A program made the position numbers and the translations under genes. The notes beneath the pieces are model-generated. The model saw nothing but the letters and a program-made list of their open reading frames with translations, ran no database searches and was not told the DNA's origin. This document shows positions 19,628-27,795 of a stretch of DNA of 38,846 nt, one piece after another. How positions within the stretch are numbered: position 1 is the first letter of the stretch; every line of letters starts with the position of its first letter. The DNA comes from Cyanobacteriota bacterium (lineage in GTDB: Bacteria > Cyanobacteriota > Cyanobacteriia > Cyanobacteriales > Xenococcaceae), in the NCBI GenBank assembly GCA_039796815.1, contig JBDKJC010000001.1, positions 1 through 38,846 of the forward strand. Reading direction: 5' to 3'.

Positions 19628-20395
19628 GTGTCTACTAAAGCTAATCCCTGTCGAATCATCGCTTTATTCAACCAGGCTGGAGGTGTCGCAAAAAGTACCC
19701 TAACCATGAACCTCGGCTATCACTTAGCACGGTTTAAACATCGGGTGTTGTTGGTTGACATGGATCCTCAAGCCTCTTTAACCAAATTCATGGGTTTAAT
19801 TCCTAAAGAATTAGATGCTACCGTGGCTGATGCCATAGTAGAGGAACTTCCTTTACCTATTCATGAAGCAATCCATGACATGGACTTAGCCCCTGCTAAC
19901 CGAGTTCTTTCTGGTGCTGAAATGCAATTGGTTAACGCATCCTTGAGAGATTTTCGTTTAAAAGAAGCCCTCGAACCGATAAAAGATGAATATGACTTTA
20001 TTTTGATTGATTGTCCTCCAAGCTTGGGATTACTTTCCTTTGTCAGTCTTGTAGCAGCTACTCACGTTCTTGTGCCGATTGAAACTCATATGAAAGCTTT
20101 TGAAGGAACGGACGAACTTTTACAAACTCTTAATTCGGTCAAAAAAGCCAACAAAAAATTATTAATAGCTGGGTTTATTCCCACTCGTTATGCTAAAAAT
20201 AATTCGGCAGATGTGCGAACTCTGGGGGCAATTCAAGAACAACTTAGTTCTTGGGGTCAGATTTTTCCTCCCGTGCCTCGTGCTACAGCGTTTGTCGATG
20301 CTTCGGAAGAGCGATCGCCATTAGCTGTTTATGCCCCTAAACATCCTGCTGTCGCTCTGCTAGATAAAATTGCCAAGTCATTAATGTCTTTATAA
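19628..20395 (+). CDS. parA: ParA family partition ATPase
   Basis: Deviant Walker A 'NQAGGVAKST', plus 'VDMDPQASLT' and 'LIDCPPSLG'. Possible extended -10 TGCTAAGAT at 19592-19600. Confidence 0.95.
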   Translation: MSTKANPCRIIALFNQAGGVAKSTLTMNLGYHLARFKHRVLLVDMDPQASLTKFMGLIPKELDATVADAIVEELPLPIHEAIHDMDLAPANRVLSGAEMQLVNASLRDFRLKEALEPIKDEYDFILIDCPPSLGLLSFVSLVAATHVLVPIETHMKAFEGTDELLQTLNSVKKANKKLLIAGFIPTRYAKNNSADVRTLGAIQEQLSSWGQIFPPVPRATAFVDASEERSPLAVYAPKHPAVALLDKIAKSLMSL

Positions 20396-20415
20396 TTTGT
20401 TTTTACCTGACAACT

Positions 20416-21444
20416 ATGAGTCCTCGCAAAAGTAACAAAGTCTTTAGTGGTAAAATTACCACTCCACCCCCAAGTTGGCTAGACGAGACTGAATCTAATT
20501 TCAACTCAGTTGATTCTTCATTAGTTAAGCTAGCTGATGTTCATCGACCATCATCGCAGCCTAGACGTTACTTTGACCCAATCGCCTTACAAGAACTAGT
20601 AGCCTCGATTAAGCTTCACGGTATCTTGCAACCTTTATTGGTGCGCCCCTTATCTCAAGGAGGATACGAATTAGTAGCAGGAGAAAGACGTTACCGCGCA
20701 GCTACAGAAGCGGGGTTGTTTGAAGTGCCAGTAGTTGTAAAAGAACTTGATGATGAATCAGCCTGGGCAATTTCTTTAATTGAAAATCTTCAAAGGGAAG
20801 ACCTAAATCCTCTTGAAGAAACTGAAGGAATTCTCCAATTGTTAGCAATTAAATTGAGGCTGGATTTGGAAGAAGTTCCCCGAACTCTCTATCGGCTGCA
20901 AAAAGGGCTGAAGAGTATAGATGACAGGGAATGGAGTGAGCAGATGAGCGAGTTAGAAAATGCTCCTGGAAAATCTTCCCATAACGTTATGGGAAACAAT
21001 GAATCTGCTCCATCAAACACTACCTCATCAGAACTATCGATTGTTATTGGAGTCTTCAAAAGCTTGGGATTAATGGATTGGCCATCATTTGTTAAAAACA
21101 GATTGCCACTATTAAATCTCCCTGAAGATATAAAGTTGGCTTTACGTTCTGGTCAAATTGCTTATACCAAAGCCAAGGCGATCGCCTCGCTCAAAGATGA
21201 ATCAGCCAGAACGGCTTTACTAGCTGAAGCGATCTCAAAAGAATTATCCCTTAGCCAAATCAAAGAAAGAATTAAACAATTACAACCAACTTCGCCATCT
21301 CAACCCCAAGCAATACCAGAGAGGCTCAAAGCTGCTTACCAAAACATCAAAAAAAACCGTATTTGGGAAGATCGTAAAAAGCGCAAACAGCTAGAAACTC
21401 TGTTAAACAAACTAGAAGCTTTAATCGGTCAAGACAAGACCTAA
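20416..21444 (+). CDS. parB: ParB/RepB/Spo0J partition protein
   Basis: 'QPRRYFD', 'GILQPLLVRP', 'LVAGERRYRAA' and 'IENLQREDLNPLEE'. Confidence 0.95.
   Translation: MSPRKSNKVFSGKITTPPPSWLDETESNFNSVDSSLVKLADVHRPSSQPRRYFDPIALQELVASIKLHGILQPLLVRPLSQGGYELVAGERRYRAATEAGLFEVPVVVKELDDESAWAISLIENLQREDLNPLEETEGILQLLAIKLRLDLEEVPRTLYRLQKGLKSIDDREWSEQMSELENAPGKSSHNVMGNNESAPSNTTSSELSIVIGVFKSLGLMDWPSFVKNRLPLLNLPEDIKLALRSGQIAYTKAKAIASLKDESARTALLAEAISKELSLSQIKERIKQLQPTSPSQPQAIPERLKAAYQNIKKNRIWEDRKKRKQLETLLNKLEALIGQDKT
20976..20995. promoter_or_regulatory. Perfect 20 bp palindrome inside parB; candidate parS
   Basis: TTCCCATAAC|GTTATGGGAA. Confidence 0.55.
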
Positions 21445-21575
21445 AAAAGTTTTAGCTTGACCTCAATTAGGGCCTTAAGAATTTTATCAGGAAGAAATTC
21501 TCCGCAGAAATGATAATTGCGTTAGGCTAAAGTCCTAGAGATTTTCATTCAGATTGGAGTAATTACGGATAATTA

Positions 21576-24443
21576 ATGGCTATGTCAGAGAAGGCGAAAA
21601 TCGCCATGCTGCTGCCAGCGTGGCTCGACTATATTTACTTAGAAGATTTGAGTAATACAAGTGTTGATGCCATTACGCCTCTAGGACAAAACATTTGGGA
21701 CAAAGGAGTTTCTTTAGTAGGAGATAATTTACTCCTGTCACAACCTTTATTTAAGGAACTAAAAGAGCAATACTGTTTAAATCAAGCAGAAACAAGACTG
21801 GCTCTTGCTTTTCCCCAGATTTATCAGGTTTCAAAAAATCAAAGACAGTTTCGTCCCCTTTTTACTATTGACGTATCCTCTATTTTTCTGAATAACTTTC
21901 GCAAGCGAGGTTGGGATTTAACCGAATATAATTTCCAGCCCGTTCTGACTAATTTTATGGAGTTATTGCGACTGGATGAAGAGGAATTAGAAAATCTAGT
22001 GACCAAAGAAGGGATAAAAGTTTTTTTGGAGACTACCTTTAAACACCCTTTTTCGACATTGCAAGATTTTATGGAGTTGGTCGAACTGCCATTTTCGTCT
22101 CCGTCTTTAAAACGTTCTTCTTATCTATTACGGTTTGATTTTGTCCCCGCCAACTATAATTTGAAAAAAGATTTACAAAAAATTAGCTCGCAATCTTTAG
22201 ATAGTTGGGCATTTCCCGATCATCCTGCTTATGAGTATCTATTCGGACAACCTGCCGAACCACGTCATGAAGTATTATTCTTTGGCGCTTTCCCCACCGA
22301 CCCGACCAATCAAGACCAGGCTTTGGCGCTTAAACACCAGAGAGAAAACTCTCTCACGGCGGTAATTGGACCGCCAGGAAATGGTAAAACGACTTTATTG
22401 CTACATGAGATTGCTTTATCCGTAGTCGAGCGTGGTCATCAATTGGCATCAAATGGTTTGGATGAGAGCAATCTGACTTTTGTAACCAGTACTAATAATC
22501 GAGCTGTTAATAATGTACTTGAGAAATTGGACACTAGTTTTTCCGCCGACTATTTTTATCTTGCAGGAGGAAGAAAAGAGCTAATTGGAACACAGGTTAT
22601 TCCCAAATTACAAGCTGCTATTGACAGGCTAAATTCCAAGACGTTCAATCAAGACGAATGGTCGCAATCATCAAAACTGCTTATAGCTGGGGTAAAAGAG
22701 CTACAGCAGCAGCAAGAATTAGCTCGAGAAAAAGAGCTTCAAAAAGAGCAATTATCAGCGACCCAAGAGCGATTGCAAAGAGAGCTAGTAGCTCTCGAAC
22801 ACGAAATAGAAGTGATGTCGCGATCGCCAAATCCTAACTTACCCGATTACGACCAATATCCTAGAGATGCCTACGAGCAAATTCTCCCTCATTTAGAACG
22901 GGCAGTTAAGTTACTGACTCGTCAAAGTTATTCTCAAGTAAAATCTCGAAATCTGTCCTGGTGGCAGCGACTCTGGTATTTCCTGCATCAACTTTGGCAA
23001 AAAATTACTCAAACAAGTACCAATCATATTTTTAAACGACTAGGGCAAGAAATTTTTGTTCCTCTAACAGCGACCTTGGCAACTCCTTTTCCCTTTAAAT
23101 TGCCTATAGATCGTGAGTCTTTAAAAGCTGCTCGCGTACAGGTAGCATCGCAGTTAGAAAAAGTAAGGGCAATTCAAGGTCAGCAATCTTCTCATGTTGT
23201 TGAACAGTCGGATCATTGGCAACAACAAAGGGAAGAGTTAACAGAACGTCTCAAACAAATTGAACAACAACTTTCTTGTTATCCCACTCAAGACTTTTAC
23301 ACTCGTTTTCCGCGAGAGTATCACCAAGAACAGCAACGGTTATTTGAGCTATCTTGGCAATTTCTGCAAGACGAAGCTGTACGACGTAAAGAGGAAGTAA
23401 TCGCTTCAATTAGAACTTATATCGATGTAATTAACGCAGAATGGGACTATGAAGCCCGACGCAAGTTTGCGACATCAGGAGCAAGTATTTTGCGAGATGT
23501 TAGCTTGATTTTTCCTGTGTGGGCTTCAACTCTTCAATCAATTAGAAATTTGCTGCCCTATCCCGATAGCGGTTGCATTAACCGATTAATCGTCGATGAA
23601 GCTGGTATGATTCCTCTACACCAGTTATTCCCCGCTCTCGTGCGCTGTAATAAAGCATTGATAGTCGGAGATCCACTACAGTTAGAACCAATTATCCCCT
23701 TCAATCAGTCAATTATCGAGCAATACCATGAAAGAGCGTTTACCGAGAGAGGATTAACCGATACTGACTACGAGCGTTATAGTCCTACAGCGATTGAAAC
23801 AGCCACTGCCTACCATCGAGCAGCAGGAGTATTCGATGAGTCCTCTAAGATTGGTTCGGGAATTATGTTGAGCGAACATCACCGTTGCGTACCGCCAATT
23901 ATTGATTTTTGCGATCGCCTTTGTCGCTACAACTTGGATCTTAAAACGAAAGATAAAGAATCAAAACTCGGCTCTAATCTTATTGCGTATCATGTTGAGG
24001 GACATTACGAGCAACACACCAATTTACAGGAGATTGAGGCAATTGACAGCTTAGTTAAACATCTGGTAGAAAGTGGTTACTCGGTTGATTCTTTTGATGA
24101 TAATACGATAGGAGTTATTTCTCCCTATCGCGCTCAAGCAGATGCCCTATATTCAAAATTGTATTCAAAGTATCGTAATTTTTCTAGAGAGAGTATTGGG
24201 ACGGTTCATACTTTTCAAGGAGGGGAAAAATCGGTAATTATTCTTTCTACTCGTCAATGTCGAGATCAGGATAGTTTTTGGTTTATAAATCGTCGCCCTA
24301 ACCTGCTCAATGTGAGTGTTAGTCGCGCAGGGGAATTATTTATTTTGGTGGGTAATTTAGAGTTACTCAAACAATCTGGAGGTTATATGCGAATGTTAGT
24401 CGAGCATATTGATAGGTTCGGAGAGATCCGAAAGTTGCCTTAA
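21576..24443 (+). CDS. Superfamily I DNA/RNA helicase (UPF1/DNA2-like, AAA_11/AAA_12)
   Basis: 'GPPGNGKTT', 'STNNRAV', 'IVDEAG', 'VGDPLQLEP', 'HHRC', 'ISPYRAQ', 'GTVHTFQGGEK' and 'NVSVSRA'. Confidence 0.9.
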   Translation: MAMSEKAKIAMLLPAWLDYIYLEDLSNTSVDAITPLGQNIWDKGVSLVGDNLLLSQPLFKELKEQYCLNQAETRLALAFPQIYQVSKNQRQFRPLFTIDVSSIFLNNFRKRGWDLTEYNFQPVLTNFMELLRLDEEELENLVTKEGIKVFLETTFKHPFSTLQDFMELVELPFSSPSLKRSSYLLRFDFVPANYNLKKDLQKISSQSLDSWAFPDHPAYEYLFGQPAEPRHEVLFFGAFPTDPTNQDQALALKHQRENSLTAVIGPPGNGKTTLLLHEIALSVVERGHQLASNGLDESNLTFVTSTNNRAVNNVLEKLDTSFSADYFYLAGGRKELIGTQVIPKLQAAIDRLNSKTFNQDEWSQSSKLLIAGVKELQQQQELAREKELQKEQLSATQERLQRELVALEHEIEVMSRSPNPNLPDYDQYPRDAYEQILPHLERAVKLLTRQSYSQVKSRNLSWWQRLWYFLHQLWQKITQTSTNHIFKRLGQEIFVPLTATLATPFPFKLPIDRESLKAARVQVASQLEKVRAIQGQQSSHVVEQSDHWQQQREELTERLKQIEQQLSCYPTQDFYTRFPREYHQEQQRLFELSWQFLQDEAVRRKEEVIASIRTYIDVINAEWDYEARRKFATSGASILRDVSLIFPVWASTLQSIRNLLPYPDSGCINRLIVDEAGMIPLHQLFPALVRCNKALIVGDPLQLEPIIPFNQSIIEQYHERAFTERGLTDTDYERYSPTAIETATAYHRAAGVFDESSKIGSGIMLSEHHRCVPPIIDFCDRLCRYNLDLKTKDKESKLGSNLIAYHVEGHYEQHTNLQEIEAIDSLVKHLVESGYSVDSFDDNTIGVISPYRAQADALYSKLYSKYRNFSRESIGTVHTFQGGEKSVIILSTRQCRDQDSFWFINRRPNLLNVSVSRAGELFILVGNLELLKQSGGYMRMLVEHIDRFGEIRKLP

Positions 24444-24446
24444 ATA

Positions 24447-24548
24447 ATACCAATTCTCAAAACTAGCTAAATTGATCAAAACACTGAAATAGTTGTATAT
24501 TAACAATCCAGATCAACTAAGTCTCTCATTACTTTTGAGAATTGGTAT
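24447..24548. mobile_element. MITE-like element
   Basis: 16 bp perfect inverted repeat ATACCAATTCTCAAAA (24447-24462) / TTTTGAGAATTGGTAT (24533-24548), with TA at both ends and a non-coding interior. Confidence 0.65.
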
Positions 24549-24585
24549 AACCTCAACTTTTGACTCGCAGCAGCCTACAAATTTT

Positions 24586-24617
24586 ATTGAAGCCGCGCGT
24601 TAGCTGGTGGCTTCAAT
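24586..24617. terminator. Hairpin between convergent genes
   Basis: ATTGAAGCCGC-N10-GTGGCTTCAAT. Confidence 0.5.
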
Positions 24618-24707
24618 GGAATAGCGTAGCGGTTGGTATGGCTGCCACCACTTATACAAAGATGCTGTTTGCTGTCGCAACGCCAAAGCGTCAAATTTGA
24701 GATCAAT

Positions 24708-25881
24708 TTAAGGAAGAGTCGTAAACCCAGGAATGTCAATAACGGTGGCGCTACCATTAAAGGTAATATTGCCCTTAGCAGCGATCGCACCATACAAATT
24801 AGAACTGCCATTGAAGAAAAAGTTCTTGGCAGTAATTAATTCACCGCGAGTAGCAGCAGCACCATTATAAGTGAGATCGCCATTGGCAATGACTCGCAAA
24901 CTACTATTGGCATCGACGGTATTGGTCGCACCGTTAAAGGTAATATTGCCATTGCTCGTACCTGTTGCCAATAAAGTCTCCCCAGAAAAACGAGCGCCAC
25001 TATTAGTATTAATCGAGCCACTGGCAAAGAGAGATAAATCCCTGGCACTGACATTCGCAAAGTTGACATTACCGTTATTAGTTTTGAGCATCACATTATT
25101 GAGATTGTGGTTGCTACCATTGAAGTTAATGTCTCCCGATTCCACGGTAATCACATAATGATTGAGATTAACGTTACTGGGAATATTTAAGCCACCACCA
25201 GTCACTTTAACAACGGTGGGACGAGTGGCAGTGCCAGGAGCGGGGAATTTACTAGTCCAATCAGCAACTGTGTTGAGGGAATTAGTAGCAGCATTGAAAG
25301 TAACGCTAGAAGTACCAGTCGGAATGCGTTTGGTTAACTCAGTCGCCGATAAATCTGCATAGACAGGAACATTGACAGTTTGAGCCTCAATGACTTGGGG
25401 TGGGAGCAAGTTAGCATATTGATTTCTAGCAGCGTTGGCAGTGCTACTCAAATAACCAGGTGCAACGGCAACAGCACGATCTACCAAAACAGGTTTACCG
25501 TTACTGAGAATGGGATTACCCGCTGCATCGAGTTTGACCGCCAGGGCGATATTGCCATTAAAGGTAAATCCTTTGCCAGCATAAATCTTGACATCATCGT
25601 TGGGATTATTAGCAACGCCATCAAAGTCACTGCTGCCGTTGATGAATACTTGCCCTTCGGCTTTGATACTGTAGCTATTGAGGTCGTTATCAATAATGGT
25701 GGCAATTCCTTGAGAATCAGCGATCAGCTTTGCTGGTGCGCGGAGCGCAATCGCAGCATTAACTGGATTGGTTAGATTGAGTAGGATAGTTTCATTATTT
25801 TCGGTGATGCGATCGCCTGTAACGGGGATAGCTACAGTTTGACTGATTTGCCCTGGATTGAATGTCAGAGTTCCCGTAGAT
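24708..25881 (-). pseudogene. C-terminal fragment of a large surface protein (partial Calx-beta plus beta-helix-like tail), cut by the Tn3 end
   Basis: One continuous startless frame from about 25880: 'STGTLTFNPGQISQTVAIPVTGDRITENNETILLNLTNPVNA...QGIATIIDND' (Calx-beta), running into the 24708..25487 ORF. Confidence 0.8.
25720..25754. repeat. 27 nt small dispersed repeat-like insertion in a HIP1 site
   Basis: GCGATCAGCTTTGCTGGTGCGCGGAGCGCAATCGC. Removing 27 nt restores GCGATCGC and the Calx-beta 'AAIADSQG'. Confidence 0.6.
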
Positions 25882-26254
25882 GGCGTTTGAGTAGCAATTG
25901 TACTGAAACTTACGCTAAGGCTGTATCGATTGCAGCATAATAGTTTCAGCTATCGAAAAACATTTATTAATACACTTTTACTCACCATAAATTTAAATCT
26001 GCTAATTCATCAACAGTTTCAGCATCCCGCAATGGTCGAAATGCTCCATCTTTCAGCTCTTCAGGCAAATTAAACTGATAGCGACCCAACATATTGAAAT
26101 GAGAATAGGGCAAAGGAGATAGACGAGCCTTATCTTCCTCTCTGATATTCCAGCCCTCTTTCTGTAACAGATTAATAGCTGCATCCATGTAATAGGTATT
26201 CCATAGCACCAGTACATTTGTTACTAGTCCCAAAGTCCCCAACTGTTCCTCTTG

Positions 26255-26298
26255 ACGGCGCGTTTTATGTGGGAAGCTTCCCACATAAAAGCCGCCTT
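26255..26298. repeat. 44 nt palindromic insertion in tnpA
   Basis: Perfect 28 bp core TTTTATGTGGGAAGCTTCCCACATAAAA; removal restores 'RYREGQEEQLG'. Confidence 0.8.
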
Positions 26299-26598
26299 AC
26301 CTTCACGGTAACGTTGACGAATCTCACCCCGACGACCGTAGAATATAGCTCTAGCCAAACTGTGACGGCTTTCTCCACGATTTAATTGAGTCAGAATACG
26401 ACGGCGGTAAGCCTCATCATCAACATAGTTGAGCAAATATAGGGTTTTGGTAATTTTTCCCAACTCGCCAATAGCTTTGGCAATAGTGGAGGGTTTCTTG
26501 CCTCGCTGTAATGCTCTCATAATTTCAGGCGCACTTACTGTTCCTAGTTTTAACGAACCAGCTACCCGTAACATATCGTCCCAATTCTGCTCAATTAA

Positions 26599-26648
26599 TT
26601 GCAAGCAACGCACGGCGGAAGCCCGAATGCATTCGGGCTTCCGTGGCG
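26599..26648. repeat. 50 nt palindromic insertion in tnpA
   Basis: Perfect core CGGAAGCCCGAATGCATTCGGGCTTCCG; removal restores 'TVKTELIEQNWDD'. Confidence 0.8.
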
Positions 26649-27795
26649 TTCAGTTTTCACTGTCTGCCGTGCCAAGTTATCCAGCAGTCCATAATCAGCT
26701 GACGAATCTAGTCTCCAGAAACGGGCTGAACCCGCATCAGCTAAACGAGGTGAGAATTGATAGCCTAAGAGCCAAAACAAGCCAAACACCACATCACTGT
26801 TTCCTCTGGTGAGTGCGGGGATTCTCTTTCTGACTAAGGGCGACAGTCCAATGTTACAACCTTGAGCGATAAGCACTGCACAGATGCTAATCGAGAGATC
26901 TTTTACTTTGGCAAAACTTTCATTGAGATGAGTAAATTCGTCCATAAACCCAGTCTTGGCGTTGATTTCCAACAAGACTTCGGGTAAATCTACCTGTGGC
27001 AATAGGGATTCTACTTTATCCTTCAGTTTGAGATAACTTTCAGGGTCGTCTAATTTATCCAGATTGCTAATGGTGAGAGTTTCTTTGCCTTTCTTATCCT
27101 TCTCAATTCTAACTTTTGAGTTGTTGGGTAGATTGAGGGCAGTTTGAGAATAAGCTTGGTTTAATTGTTTCTGTAATACTTTTAGTTCTGGTTCTGGTTG
27201 GGAATTCAATTCTAAAGTGCGACATACAGATGTCCTGGCTGATTCCCAAGCTTTGCCTTGAAGCAATTTAGCACGGGGATTACTCCATTTTTCGCCAGAT
27301 GAGACATACAAGTCACGACGGCGTAATCCTTCTAATAATTTCTCTAAAACGCAGAAAGTATAAGCACGACGGTCAATACTGCCATTCTCGCTACTTACCC
27401 AAGCAGCCCACTTTTTATCAACTATTTTCAGAGGTGCATCATCCATGGCGATCGCTTCCATAACATAAGCCCAGGCTACCAAAGTAGCAGTTCTTCTTTC
27501 GGTGGTCATTCTGGCTATTGCTTGCGCTCTGAGGGTAAAAGCAGTTTTGGATAGGGTTTTGAAGCGAATGGGCGGTATTTTGCTACTCAAACGCCCTATA
27601 CTAAGTTGCGAAGCTCCTATGGCAACCACTATCGGTGGATGCAGCCATTTCTACTCAACCTCTTAGAATTTCGCTCTAACAAAAATACATAAGCCTGTTA
27701 TTGAAGGCTTAGAGCTACCCAATTTTCTGAAGAATCATCAGAAAATGTCCCCACTGAGGAATTATCGGAGTTAGTTTATCAGTGAGCTATTTTGG

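Larger units (their letters stand above)
25982..27629 (-). pseudogene. tnpA: Tn3-family transposase with deletions and frameshifting insertions
   Basis: 'LPQVDLPEVLLE', 'GYQFSPRLAD', 'QLNRGESRHSLARAIF' and 'LSPL...HFNMLGRYQF'. The N-terminus is missing, there are internal deletions near 27434 and 26801, and insertions at 26599-26648 and 26255-26298. Confidence 0.92.
25882..27662 (-). mobile_element. Decayed Tn3-family transposon
   Basis: 38 bp IR GGCGTTTGAGTAGCAATTGTACTGAAACTTACGCTAAG (25882-25919); partial opposite IR at about 27645-27662 (reverse complement GAGGTTGAGTAGAAATGG); tnpA remnants in between. Confidence 0.85.

Noticed and set aside
25380-25775. ORFs 25481-25705 (-) and 25380-25775 (+) as separate genes or a frameshift
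   Set aside because: The true frame is continuous from about 25880 to 24708; these are alternative-frame shadows.
25877-27667. 5 bp target-site duplication around the Tn3 remnant
   Set aside because: The flanks TAGAT and TTAGA do not match exactly, and the interrupted gene does not resume beyond 27662.
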